From Raillietiella orientalis (Eukaryota): DNA of 64,000 bases. This document shows, in pieces, positions 13,029 to 26,700 of this stretch. Numbering within the stretch: position 1 is the stretch's first letter; each line of letters opens with the position of its first letter. A program made the translations under genes and the position numbers. The notes under the pieces were generated by a model. The model made no database searches. It was not told the origin of the DNA and saw only the letters and a program-made list of their open reading frames with translations. The stretch spans positions 1,178,001 through 1,242,000 of the forward strand of contig JAYWIR010000032.1 in NCBI GenBank assembly GCA_036172245.1, read 5' to 3'.

Positions 13029-16000
13029 GTAAGGAGCCTTCCTTTGTTGCCACGCGACCCCCCCTCCCCACCCCTACCCCCCGTCCCTTCCCCGTTTGCA
13101 TGCGAGCGCCTGCGGCTCTCTGTTTTCTTTTTTCTTTTTTTTTTCCCTCTCCCCTCCCCCCCTTTCGCCGAGAGGGCTGGAAGGCAGGTAGGAGGGGGTT
13201 CCTCCCGCACGGTCGCGCACCGAGGGACTTTCGGGAAGGGCGGGAAACCGTCATGGGAGCACCGGGGGGCTGCCTCGCATGGGTGCGAGAGGGGAGCCGG
13301 AAACGTTCACCCCCCTCCCTCCGCTTCCGTCTCCGGCACCGACGAGAGGGAGTCCCTAGGGGCATCACCGTCGCTTTGCAGAGGGAAGCAGCTCTTCCCC
13401 ACCCACTTTTCGAAGCCCCTGGAAGGCCATGGACCACCTGGGTGAGGAGATGCCTTCCCGGAAAGGAGGCAGCCGAACCCCCGCCTCCACGCCGTCGACG
13501 CCACAGGGTCAGGTGGTGGCGCGAGGAGGCGGCATTCCTCCCCTCCCTCCCCTCTTTCCACCCCTCATTCGACGGGGGGGGAGGGGAGGAGCGGTTGCCG
13601 GTCAGTGACAGATGCTGCAAGCGCAGCTGGCGGCGACCTCGCCGAACTCTCGGAGGCGCCGAGAGGAGGTGGATGACCGCGAAGAGGGATGAGGGATGCT
13701 GGAGGTAAGGAGCGGGTGATGCAGGGAGGAAGAGGAGCAATTCAGAAGGTAGAGGAGGAGGAATGTATGACGGGGAAGAGGGATGAGGGATGCTGGAGGT
13801 AAGGAGCGGATGATGCAGGGAGAAGGAGGAAGAGGGGCGGATGCTGGGAGAGCACCGGCGAAGAACCGACTGTCCTCCCTCGCCCACCACCGCTGACGCT
13901 GCCGAGGGCCGTACCCAGTAGTCACCTACGGAGGAGGAGGGTCTGGACCCGACGGTGGCCTTGTGGACCTCCTCTGTCGCCCGAGGCAGCCTCTCCTCCT
14001 CCCCCTTGTCCACCCAGCACTGATGTCCCCGCCCACGTGCGCTCACGAGGGAGGGGCTGTGCCCGCCGCGCACACCCGGAGGCGTCCGTTACCTGCCGGG
14101 GACTCGGAGAGCGGCGCCTGAGGCCACGGCGGGCACGCCCCGGGGTTGCACCCTCTGCCTCCCAGCCACGGAGGCGCGCTGTGCTCCCAAGCCCGCAGGC
14201 CTGTGAGTCCAGTGACCTCACTTCCTCCTGAGGTGGAGATGGAGGAATGCCCGGGGCCGTCTGCGCGTGCGCCCTCACAGGTCGCTCCTCTTTCTCAGCC
14301 TTCGTGGGTTCCCTGGTCACTCCCCTTCAGGATTCCTTCGGATCTGGAGCGCCGGGAGGGTTCGAAGGGCTCCCTCAGACAGCGATGCGGAGCCCCACCT
14401 GAGAGGGGGCGGCTACGAGGGTGCATCCCGACATTCCCGGTCCGCCCTCCCTCGGGCGCTCCCGGTGAGCCGTCGCCCGCGGACCGGCCGGCTCACCTTC
14501 CGGTCGTTGAGGGTGGGCCGTGGGGAGTGGCGGCGGAGCGGTCGCTCTCCACGCCACCACTCGGGCGCGCGCGATGGGCCCGGCCGGACGAGCGCCGTCT
14601 CCCGACGGGGACGTCGGCAGGAGCGCCGCAGGCAGGAGGAACGTCTTCGAGGGGGCCGCCAGCGATGAGCGGTTTCTTCCACCCCCTCGTGGTCTTTTTA
14701 CAAGCAGAGAGTCCTCGTTCTCTCCGCCTCCAACTCTCCACATCCACTCCTCCTCCTCGGAAACCCGTGTCTCACATCCATTATCCCTCAATCTTCTCCG
14801 TCATCCCCTCCTCCTCCTCTTCCCTGCATCACTCGCTCCTTCACTCCGGCATCCATTATCCCTCTTCCCGCCATCCACTCCTCCTCCTCCTCTCTGCATC
14901 ACGTGCACTTTACCATCATCATCCCTCGTCCGCTCAGCTCCTCTTGGCGTTGCCGAGAATCTGGCGAGGGTCGGGCTCTCCCGGCCCTTCGAGGAGAGGT
15001 GCAGGAGACCCGACTACTGCAGGGGCATCAGCATCCGCTGCTGACGCCAACACGGGGGAGCCTCACAAGGGTGTGGAGGTGCCAGGCGGCTTGGTCGGCC
15101 CGTCGACCCGAGGGGTGGACTTTCCGAGGAGGAGTCCTGGTGGACGCTCCGCGCGGGATCTGCGGCCCGGGGTTTGTTTCCCCCTTCCTGCACCCCCGCC
15201 GGGAAGCGCGCGCGCAGGTCGCCTCCCTCCTCGGACCGCAGGTCGGATGCAGCGTCCGACCCATAGGGGACCCCCCTCTTTCTGTGAACAGTGCCGCACC
15301 CCTTCCGAGACGGCGGCCCTCCGTCCCGAGACGGCGCGGTCTGTCGGCCGGACGGTGTTGCCCTCCTCGCTTCCTCTTCCCTCCCCTTCCGCTGCTGCCA
15401 TTGTTGCTGCTGCTGTTGCTGCCGCGGTTGTTTCGCTCCTCCCTCGTCTGGTGCTGCTGCCGCGGTCTGCCTCTTGCACAAGGCTATTGATTTCGGATAA
15501 TCAGCATCCCATATGAAGAGAGCGCGGTCCACGCCAGGCAAGTCCCGGATCGCCATTCGGGCTCGGAGACGCGCGGGGGAGGAGGAGCATCGCGCGCAGC
15601 CGACCGGGCACCCGGCGGCCTCAACCACCACGCCTTCCCCGTGCTGCCTCTTCCGGCAGGACGCCGCGCGCTCCGTCGCCTCCCAGCATCCGCCCGCGGT
15701 CTGGGCGAGGCGCAGGTTTCAGGGCGCCGCGGCGAACCCCGAGGGAGGATGGGAGGAGGGCCATCTTCCCGCCGCTCGCTTCGCCCTCCGCGAACCCCGG
15801 GAATGCTTCCGCCGAGGAGAGTCCCGTTCCCATGGGAACAGTTCCCTGACGCTTATCTGCATGCAGCTTGCCCTGCCTCCCTCCGCTTCCGCCGCCTTCC
15901 GCCTCGCGCCTCCCCTCGCATCGCCCTTACCCCACTGCCGCCGCCGCCGCCAAGCCAGCGACGGCCGGCCACCTTCCCGAGGTCCACCCCCGCCACCGCT

Positions 16001-17675
16001 CGCGCAGCAGCGCAAGGACGACCTCAGGGCAGGGAGATCCGAGGCCACTTCCCGCCGGGGTGGGTTGTCTCCCCTCCTTGCTAAGCGGATGCGCGCGGGA
16101 GGGACGGCCTCGAGACGAAGGGGAGACGGGACGCAGGCAGCACAGGCGCCGCGCGCGCGCTGGCGGCGAGCCAAGCGCCGACCCGCCGTCATGGAAACGA
16201 CGCCCGCGCGTCACGCTGCTCCTGCTGAGCGGGCCCGCACGCGCGCGCCTCGCCAGGGAATCGCAACTTGCCCACATTTCGAACGGAGTTCCGTTCCTCC
16301 TCCCTCCTCTATTACTCTTTTAGTCCTCCTCCTCCATTCTTCCCTCTTCTCTTCCCTTCCTCCTTTTCCCCTTTTCTTCTCCTCCTCTTCAACCTCTTCT
16401 CCTTTCGTCCTCCTCTAGAGCGAAGGGGATCTCGAGTCGGGGAGAGGGAGAGGCCCTTCCATGGCTCTTCCTGCTCCGCTCTCGCAGAGAAGAAGTCATG
16501 AAAGAGGGAAGCAGTTAGAGGGAGCTGAGAGGTCTCAGAGGGCAAAGGCGGCGGTCCAGATGGCTCTGATCCTTCCCCTGCCTTGCTCCTGCTCCTCATC
16601 CAGCATCGTATCCTCCTTCCCCTCCGCGTCCCGGTGCATTGCTGGTCCTCCCGCGGGGAACATCATCCAGGCGGTCCACGGAGAACGGAAGGCCCGCGAG
16701 CGCGCCCGCTGCCCCTTCGCGATGCTCGCGGACGAGGCGTGGCTCACGCCCGCTCGGATCCCCTCGCGGGATCGCGGCGGCGGCGGCCGCTATTGAGGCT
16801 CCTCGTGGAGAAGGTCTGCGCGGATTCGAACTGCCCGGAAGCTGCGGTCCAGCAACAGCCCGCCGTTGCGGGTGTGGCACGGTCCGTTCCCTTTGCCTCG
16901 AACGAACCGGAAGAGAGAGAGGAAAAAAAAAAGTGGAAGGAAGGAAAAGAAAGAGAGCCGGGGAGACAGGAGCAGGCGGAAGAGGGGGAGTGGCGGCAGC
17001 AGCAGCAGCAGCAGCAGCAGTGGCTAAAGACAAAGCAAAAGAACGAAAGAAAAGAGACGTGCGCCTTCCTTTGCCGGCAGCAGCCTCTCTGCCGGACCAG
17101 GGCAGCTTCCTTCTCCTCCGAAACCCCCGTAAATAACCGCGCAATTTTCAGGTAAGATGATCTGCGATGATAGCCACAGCGGAGATGACATGACCGAAAT
17201 CTTCAAGAGCCAGACGTCGGATTCCTTCGGCAACTCCGACTATTACGAAGGTACTTTGAGAAAATGAAGTTTTCCAGAGAGAGAGAGAGAGAAAGAGCGA
17301 GAGACAAAAAAAAAAAAAAAAAAAGAAAGAAAGAAAAGAGCGAGAACGGTCCTCCTTTCTTTCCTCCCCACTCTCCTCCGCTCACCCTGCGTCCTCCTTT
17401 TTGTTGCTGCGTGCGGCTCTTTCGATTACCGCGCGGCGGCGGCGGCGGCGGCGCGCTTGAGGTGCCACACGCGGCGGCAGCGGCGGCGGAGGGAAGCGCG
17501 GCGAGCGACGCTTCCTCCTCCGCTACGCAATAAATGCCAAAGTTGCGCAAAAGCGTATGTCATTACGCGCGGGTCTCCCCTTAGCAGATTCCGTCCTCAA
17601 CGCGCACGGGTCGCTTCTTTCTTCAGCATTGCCCTCTGCTTGTTTTTTTTTTTTCATTCTTCCTGTATGTGTGTG

Positions 17676-17709
<34 letters not shown>

Positions 17710-20700
17710 CATACAGTGAAGAAATATATATATATTTGGTCACCCTCCCTCGTTTCCTCCCAACCTGATGCGACTGTCGTCACGTGATCCCGGCCCCCGC
17801 TCGCGATTGGCCTCTCGCGCGCGGGCCGAGCCCTATTACCCCCCTCGTAAAGCCGTGCAATTTCCGAGAGATTACCGCCGCCCATGCGCGTCGTCGGCCT
17901 TTCCTTGCCCCCCCACCCACACACACACATACCCTCTTTCCCTGTCCCGCAGGGGAAAGGGGAGCGCTGGAACCCTTTGCGAGCGCTGACAGCGAGGATC
18001 CTCGCGTCCGCGATAGGGGAGGAGGGTTCCATGCCACTTGTCGAGAGGGTGCGAAGCGGATGCCCTTGCCCCCACGCCCCCTTTCCCCCCCCCCCCCCCG
18101 GAACGGAGCGCACGCGCGCACGCGCGGCTGTCGGCGCTCGCGAGCGAAGGCAACCCCCACCCTGAGCTTCACCCCTGGCAACCGGTCGAGGCCAGCCAGC
18201 CGATTTCGCGTCCGCGTGGCTTAGGGTCGAGACTGCCCTCGGACCGGCGTCCCCATTTCCGGACAGGACAGGCGAGCTCTATCGGGCGCGGAACAAATCC
18301 AGGAGTCGTGGCCTCTCGGAAATTCGGGCAGGTCTCAGTGCACAGCCCTCCTCCTCCTCCTCCTCCTCATCGTCGTTACCCTCGTCCTCTCCCGTTCCTC
18401 CTCCTCCTCCTCCTCCTCGCACCTCGGCGACGGGACCGGACGCAACTGCGTCCACACTTGGTCCAGGTACCCTCCCGACGCGCACGCAAACCGGCGCAAG
18501 CCCGCTCGCCGCCTCCCCCGCTCGGGGAGAGGGAGGACCGCGCGCGTCTCCTGAGCGACGCGGAGCATCTCCTTCGGCGCGAGCCTCGGCCAGGGCAGCA
18601 GACCCGGTGCTCGTAGGAGGCCTCGAGGACCAGGCAGGCCGGGTCCTCCTCGTTTCCAAATGGTGATTCATGGCAATTTAAAGTCCTATTAGCTGTTGCC
18701 AGGGAAACCGAATTCTCCAGACTCCTGGAACTAGTCCCTCGCCTTCGGATATGATTAATACACTCTCTTGAGGATCCTTTCTTCCTTATATCTTCATCCA
18801 GGATACGTGTGCCTAATAAAAATACTCAAAATCAAGAGGAAGCTGTAAGCATCGGAGAGAACGGAGAGTGTAAATGCTAACGGATGAAGACAGCAGGAGC
18901 CCTAGGGGCTAAATGCAAACTTGCATGTGTCCCCGGGGAAATAAATTTCCTTTGAAACTGCACGTGCTGATCTTTCTGGAAAGTCCAATTTCATTCCATC
19001 TTCCGGATGGAATTTCCAGACATTAATAGCAAGAAATACTTTTGCATGGCGGGAATTCACTTTTCCGATGTCCGAGGAGCGAAGAGCTGCTGCTGCAATC
19101 TCCAGGCTCCCTTCCCGCGTGCGCGATCTTGACTTTTACGTCGCTCTTGGCGATTAAGGGCAGGGCATCCCGCGTGCTCCTCGTTCTCCTTCCTCTCCGC
19201 AGCAGCCGCCGACGCGCGAATTTTTTTTTTTTCGTTCCTTTTTCTGTTTTCGTTCCTGGGGGAGGGCGGAGGAGGGAGGGGGGAAGGGAACGGAAGGGCG
19301 AGTCGTGCGAGCGGACCCACCTCGAGGAGCAGTCCTGGGTGAGGGCGAGCGAGAGCACTTGCGCATCCCTGCCCGTTTCCTCGCCCGACCTCGCACGTAC
19401 GTCTGTCCCGTCTCTGGAGAGGCAGACCGCGACCTTTCGATCTCGCGTCCACTTCCTCCTCCTGCCCCATGTCCAGGGGCGATGTGGGACTCTGAGAAGG
19501 GGCGGTCTTCCCGCCTCTTCGGGGTCTAGTAGGTTTCCGGTTCGTTGCTGGATCTTTATCAAGGAAGTGCCGCACGGTGCTTGGAGGTGCGGATGCGGCC
19601 TGGCGCCTGGCATCTCCGTGAGATGCTTCCTGGAGCGGCGCTGGAACCGGGAGCGAACTTCCCGACACCCAGCGAACGGCGGCGGAACGGACGAGTGGGC
19701 TTATCCCTCTGAAACGGCTCCCGGTACGCAGCGGGCATCGCATCCCGGCATCCGAAACGGGAACAACCTGATCCACTCACGGACGATCCGCAGGGGTACG
19801 CACGCCGACCTCGGAGTCCCCGAGAGGATCGCTTCCAGCACTCGCGCCTCCCCGACGCTCCTCCATCTGGCAGACGATGCGCGCACCGCTGGCTGGTCCT
19901 CCCAGCTTCTTCCCGTTCGCCCCTGCCGACGCTGCTGGCACCTCGAGCGACGGAAGGAGTAACCGAAGCAACCGACTGCTACCTCTTTTTAACTGGCCTC
20001 TCGAAAAATCGCCTCTTGCAGGTGCTTCCCATCCGAAAGGCCTCGCCGCTACCTTCCGCTCACATCCCGATCCGCCCGCTCAGCAACCTGACCAGAGGTT
20101 GACCGTAAAGCAGTGGTGTTTTGAAAGTGTTCTCTCTCTCTCTCTTTTTTTTTTTTTTTTATGGCACCATACCGCGGGAGGCACTTCCTTCGTGTTCCTT
20201 TGGTCCTCCCGGGCGTTTGTTTTTGAAGTGGTCATCATCTTTATTGTTGCCGTTCCTTCCTTCGAACCCTCCGTTCGCTTGGGCGTTTTTTTTTTTTTTT
20301 ATAATCGGGAAGCGTCCCGATCTCCCTAATCAACTCATCCCATGCCAAACCAATAAATTGGATTCGGACAAGGAGACGCCGTGGCCTCCTACGCCTCACC
20401 TACCTCACGAAAAATTAAAAAAAAAAAATAAAAAAAAGTTTATCCGCCTCGTTTTGGTCCGCTCCAAGAAGAAACTGCTCTTCTCGTCTCTTCTGCATAG
20501 ACAGGCCGTTCCCACATCCTCCCTTGCATGGCTGCTGCTGCTCCCGGAGAGCGCTCGGACCTGCGTTCCCCTCGCCCGGGGGCCATCGAGATGCGCTTGA
20601 GACAAGGCGAAACGCGCTCCCCGCGATGCTTCCCGCCGCCACGAAACCACCGCAACCACCACGCTTTGCTTCCTTTTGTGTGGGTGCATTTTTTTCTTCT

Positions 20701-20711
20701 TCCTTTTCCTC

Positions 20712-20744
<33 letters not shown>

Positions 20745-23700
20745 CGTTGTGACGTGACGTGGTCGCGATGGGGGAGCGGGCAGGCAGAGTCGGATGCGGA
20801 CGAACTCGCGTGCCACACGCGTCTTCCCTTGCCGCTTAATGGACCCGAAGCTGCTCTTCCGGAGCCACAGAAAGGACCGCTGCCGCGGGAAGATCGTGGA
20901 CCCACGAGCCTCTCCGAGGGCACGAGGACGCGACCTCAGACGAGGGAGAGAGGGAGAGAGAAGCTTCCAGGGTCGCAGGCAGGTCACAGGTGACTCTTTT
21001 TTTTGCTTTTCCTTTTCGCCTCCGGAGAGCTCCGCCCCCTCCCTCCCACCGGGTCCGTTCCGCGAACCGCGTGGGGGACTCCCGGAGACGCACAGGAAGA
21101 CGAAGGAAGGAGTGCGCAGGCGTCGCAGCTGCCCGCAGCCGCCACGTGCAGCGTTCATTCGCAGACAACCCGCGCCCAGAGGCCACGGAGGCTTACGAGG
21201 GGCAGAGCAGGCCGGAGCCCTGCTGTACCACCCCTGCGGGGGGACGGGGGTGCGGACCTCTCCTCATCTTCAGGCCCGCAAGGCGGAAAGAGGGGTCCTT
21301 CCTTCTCCATCCCGAGGCCAGATCAGGCTCCCACCGGGAGTGCTGTCGGACCCTCCGGCCGAACCCCGACGACCTCCCCTCCAGAACCTCCTTCGCCTCC
21401 TTTCCTACCGCCGGGGTTGCGATCCCGGATGTTCCGGGAGCGGGAAAGGAGAGAAGGAGGAGGAGGAGGAGGGAGGGAAATGAGCTCGGGAAGTCAAGCG
21501 AGTTCGTCTTCCCCTGGGGAGTCCCCTTTCTTCGCCATGCCCCGGGAGAGCGACGGGAAGAGCCGCGCTTCCTCCTCCCCCCCCCCCCCTCCGGGACGCG
21601 TCTCGGGGCTCGGCGGCTCCTCGGGGGCAGATCGCCTCGCTCCGCGCGATCCCCTAGAGGAAAGAGGACCTCAGGGAAGAAGGAAGGAAGGAGGCGGCTC
21701 GCGCCGCTCGCGCGCTCCCCCGCCGCGTCCGCGCAGCTAGCGGACCCGCGCGCGGAATGAGGGGGGGGGGGGCGGAGCGGGGGAGGATCCCTCGGGAGAG
21801 AAGGGGCACGGAGCTCCCTTCACTCACGCCCGCTTCGCGCCGAGCAGCGGCCGCCAGCAGAGCGTTCCCGCTCCTCCTCCTCTCCGTCCTTCCGCTTCCT
21901 GGAGAGGCTTCTCTGGCGGGAAGGGGGGAGCTGGCGCGCTCCACCCCTTACCTCACCCCCTCCTTTCGCCGCCGCCGCCGCGTGCGTGTACGCCCGCGTA
22001 GTCTCCAGGCGCGTCTCGTGCCGCTGCCGGACTGGGGTGCCGTGCCAAGGGACAATTAAGGGTCCCGAGCGTCCTTGCGCTATCTTCGGCTGCAGCGGGA
22101 GAGCGAGGGAGGGGAGAAAACAAAGGGAGAAGCGAGGGGAGGGGATGGAAATTCCTTTGGAAAATCTTTATGGCCTCGCGTAACCATGGGGACGAGGGGA
22201 GGAGGGAAAGACCGAGAGATCAAGCGAAACTCCCGCCGCGACTGGCGGGGAGAGCTCCAGCGCGGGCGATCCAGGGAAGGGACGTGCGCGCACGGGCGCG
22301 CGGGACGCGAGATGACTTCATTGCCTTAAATTACCGGCCTGTCTGACCTTATTTTTCCTGGGGGACGCTTTGAACTCCTCCCGCCGATTCCCCGATGCGT
22401 CGTTCCGTCCGCGACGGATGGCTCCACCCTGAATTCCTGCCTCCTGCCCGCGCGCATCCTGCCGTTGCAGCCCTAGAGCTCTCCTTCGATCCCGGGAGCA
22501 TTTCGAGCAACGGAGAGGGGAAAACGGGGTGATTAACGGCGCGATACGTAAACAAATAAATGGGAGCATCTCACAGGAAGAGGGGTGCCTGCTGAGCGGT
22601 TCCCTTCACACGAATGCCACGAGTTCCTCCTTTCCTCCTTCCTCCTCTCCCTCCTCCGCCTCCCTTCCTCCACCCTTTCTCTTCCTCCTCCTCCTTTCCT
22701 CTTCCTCCCTCCCTTCTTTCCTTCTTCTACACCTTTTTGTCTTCCTCCCCCAACTCCATTCCTCCTTTCGTCCTCCCTTTCCCCTTCCATTTCCACCTCT
22801 TCCTTTTCTTCTCCCTTCTCTTCCTCCTTTCCTCTTCCTCCCTTCCTTCTTTTCTTCTTTTACATCTCTTTTTCCTCCTCCTCCTTCTCCATTCCTCCCT
22901 TCTTGGAACCCAAGCCAACCATGAGCGAGCATCATCCGTTCCAGATGATTGCTTCCTGCATTTTGGCTGTTGCTGCTGCTCTTCGTCTTCCTCCTCCCTT
23001 TCCTCCTCCTGCTCCATTCCTCTCTCCTTCCCTTCGTCTACTTCCCTTCCTCCAACTCCATTCCTCCTCTTCTTCCTCCACCCTTCCACCTCCTCCTCCT
23101 CCTTTCCACTTCCTCCTCCCCTTCATCTACAACTCTTTTTCCTCCTCCCCCAACTCCATTCCTCCTCCCGTCCTTCCCTTCCTTCTTACTCTGACTCCCT
23201 TCCTTCCATTCCTCCCCCTCTCTCCCTTCCTTCCTTCTCCTCCTCCTCCTCCTTCCGCCCCCAGCTTGGTTGCTGCGGCTGGCCCGAGGCGCGAGGCTCG
23301 CATTTCGTGCACGCCACGTCTTCGGGAGAAGCGTCCGTCTCCCCGTCCCCCTCCCTGTAAGCAGCAGCTGCCGCCGCTCTCCTTCGCAAGCGGAGCCCGA
23401 TGGCGCTCCGGGCCGCGTTCGCCTCCTCCACTCGGCCGCTCCCGGACGGAGCCGCCGCAGCTGCGATCGCCGCGAGCGGAGCCGCGAGTCGGAAGACGCT
23501 GCTGCGCCCCTCCTTCGCCCACGGCCTCTCAGAGAGCCGTCTCGCCCGAGACACGCCCTCCCCTTTCCTCCTCGCTGCTGCTTCCTGCGCAGCCAGCGTT
23601 TGCGCACCGTCTGGCGCGGCTCAGGGGGCGCGCGCGGCTTTGCTGCTGCTGCTGCTGCCCGCGGTCAGTTCGGGAAGCCGACGGAGTTTGGAGGAGAACC

Positions 23701-26700
23701 CGTCCGCAGGGCGCGCACGCGGAGGGCAGGGTGGACGCCTGGCCCAAGTGACCCCTCGAAGTCTCCAGACGGACAGGTCGCAGAGGATCCGGCTCGAGTT
23801 GAAGGACACGCTTTCCCCCCTTTTCTCTTCCCGCGGGGCGCGTGCGCGTGCGCCTGCGGACGGACGCTCCCGACCTTCCGCTCTCTCCCTGCCTGTCTGC
23901 GCCGACCCCAGACCATCGCCGACGGCTTTCCCGAGGCGTGGGTCGCTCGGGAGGGGAGCGTAGCGAAGGTGCGACGCAAAGGCGGAGAGCAGGGAAGGCA
24001 GGGAGACGGGAGGGAGGGAAGCGGAGGTGACGTCACGGGACCCGGAAACCGCCGAATCGTCCGCCCCTCCTTTGCCACCGCCGCCTCCGCTGCTGCCGCA
24101 GGCCGCGCACGCGCGCTAGAGCGGTCAGGCGGAAGAGCGGAGACCGACGCGATCCCTCTGGGTCGACCCTGAGGTCAGCTGCCCTCTCGTGCGCGCACCC
24201 GGACGCAAGCCGCACTGGGAGAGCAGGAGAGGGAGGAGGAGGGGAGGAGACCCGCCGCCACGGCAGATGCAGGCGACGCAGGGGAGCGCGAGAGACGTGC
24301 CGGGAACGAAGGGTGCTCGGCGGGAGACGCCGCTATGCGGGGGCGGAAGAGTGAAGGGGATCCGCGGAGGCGCCGAGGTGGCCGCCCGCCTTCTCGGGAG
24401 GTTTTTTTTTTTATTTATTTTTTTTGTTTTTCCTCTCCTCCTCCACGCGGGGGTAGAAAGGGGCGCTCTGCTGTCCGCCTCCACCTCCTGCAGCCTCTCC
24501 CTCCCCCCCCGCCATCTGTGCTGCCATCTGCCTTCTGTGCTGCCAATCGCCGCAGTTCCTACGGTTCCCTACAGAGAGAGCTCCGGCCTCCTTGGTTTCC
24601 GTTCCTCGTCACCTGCTGTGACGGCGCCCCTCTCCCACGGGCGTGGAGAGAGAAAGGGGACAGAGGCTCCTCTCCCTTACCCCCAGGAAGACGAAAAAAG
24701 GGAAAGCCGAAAGCTACGGGAGGAACGGCGGCGAAGGGGGGACTTTTTCCCTCCCCCCCTCGGACGAATCGTGTCGAAGAGGAGGAGGTGCCCGGCCGCG
24801 GGACGGACGTGCCGCCCAAGTCGCCCGGCCGCAGGACTGTCCTTGAGGTCGTCCGCGGGAATAAATCACGCGCTCCTCCACGTGCTGCTGCGTCACTGGC
24901 GCGCGCGTAATTGCGTGGAATGCGGCGGCAGGTGGCGGTTTGATTGGACGGCGCAGCGGGTCGGGCGAGGCATCCGCAGCGGCGGGAGGGGTGACACCGT
25001 CGCGGAGAGTGGGCGGTGCCGCCATCGGAAGGAGACTGGGGCGGGTGGCGCTGAGGAAGGGGTGACCACCGGTCCGCCGAGGGCGCGCGAACTCGGAACG
25101 CCTCCTTTCGGAACCCTTGGCGAGGGTTCGACGACGGCGCGGTGGGCGCGCGCCCGTCGCCGGGCAACAAGGGGGAGAGTGAAGCCAACCCTCCCTCCCC
25201 GTGGTGATAGGGTGACCGTCAGCGGCCGGACGTCCTCTGCGGCTGGCGAGGATGGGCCCGTCTCGCGGAGTCTCCTAACCCCAGGGAGCAGGCTGAGTCT
25301 CTGCCTCCCCCCCCCTTCCCCCGAGGAGCCGACCTCTCTCCGCTCCACCGTCCTCAGAGAGAAACCTCGGAAGCGCCGCCACAGCCAGCGATCAGTTCTG
25401 CTCCTCCTCCATACACCCTGTCTACCAGTCCGGGAACTTAAGCCAGCCATGAGTGAGAGTCGCCCATTCCAGCGTTCTAGCTGTTGCCGCTGCCCTTCGT
25501 CTTCTTCCCTTCCTCCTCCTCCTCTAGCCTTCCTCCTCCACCCTTTCTCCTCTTTCTCCTCCTCCCTTTCTCTCCCTCCTCCTTTCCTCCTCCAGCCCTC
25601 TTCCTCTTCGATTCCTTCTTTGCTGCGTCTTTCCCTGTCCCTTTCTCTCATCCTCAGTTCCTGCTCTCAGGCCCTCGCGAGAAAACTTTTTCTTCCGAGA
25701 GGGGGCAGTGCCCGTCACTGGGTCTCCCAGCGACCGCACTGCAAGGAGCGCAGGTCAGGTCTCTATCGCTTTCGCCTTTCCCACCGCTTCCTCCTCCTTC
25801 GTCGCCTCCTTCTCCTCCGCTGACCCTCCCTCTCTCCACGGTTCCCCCTCCCTCCCATTCTCTCGCGAGCTGCGTGCCCCCCGTCGTCTCGCTCGCCTCG
25901 GCGCCGGCCGTCTGCCAGGTGGGCCGAGCGAACGCCCGCCGCGCGCGCCACGCTGCCTCTCCAGCAGGGCGGAACGCCTCCCTGCGGTCCCCCCTTCGCA
26001 GGTTCCCGGCGTTGTTCCTCCCCAACCTCCCCTCCCCCCTCTCCACCCGCCCACCCCTGCTGTTCCCTCCCTCACCTCGACCCCCGCGCGAGCGGCGTCG
26101 CGGCACAGGACCGCCCGCGGCGCGAACTCTTCCGGCCGCGCGAGCCACGGTCGACCCTTGCGAACGGGCGCGTCCCATCCGAGACGCTCCGCCGGGACAG
26201 GAAGGAGGGAGGCGGATAGGCGGGGCCTTCGCCCTCGCAGACCTCGGGGGCTCCCCCGCGCGACCGACTGCAGGTACGCGACCTCTGCCCCCAAAGGTCA
26301 GCAGAAGCGGCAGGGCTGCCGACCCCCCGGGCTTCCTCCGAGCGAGTGGGACCCCAATGGGGAGAAAAGGTCTCCTCCCTACTCCTGAACCCCGTAGGAA
26401 AAGGCTCGTTTCCCAGCGCCGGTCCCTTCGGCGCGCCTGGAGGCTTCTCCGCTTCCGTTGCCCACGGAGACGCGTCATCTCCTGAGTCCCTGAGGCATCC
26501 GGCTGCCGAAGGGAGGAACCATCAGGGCTGAAGGGCTTACCTCCTCCCCCCCCCTCCTGCTCCGCCCCAATCCTGCCGGGCTTTTTCCCCGTTCTGCAAG
26601 CCAGGAGTCTGAGAAACGAGGATGTCAAGATGGAGACGGTTTCCATGCGACGATACTCCGCCGCTCGGCCAGAGAAGGAACGGACGCTCCTTCTCCTGAC

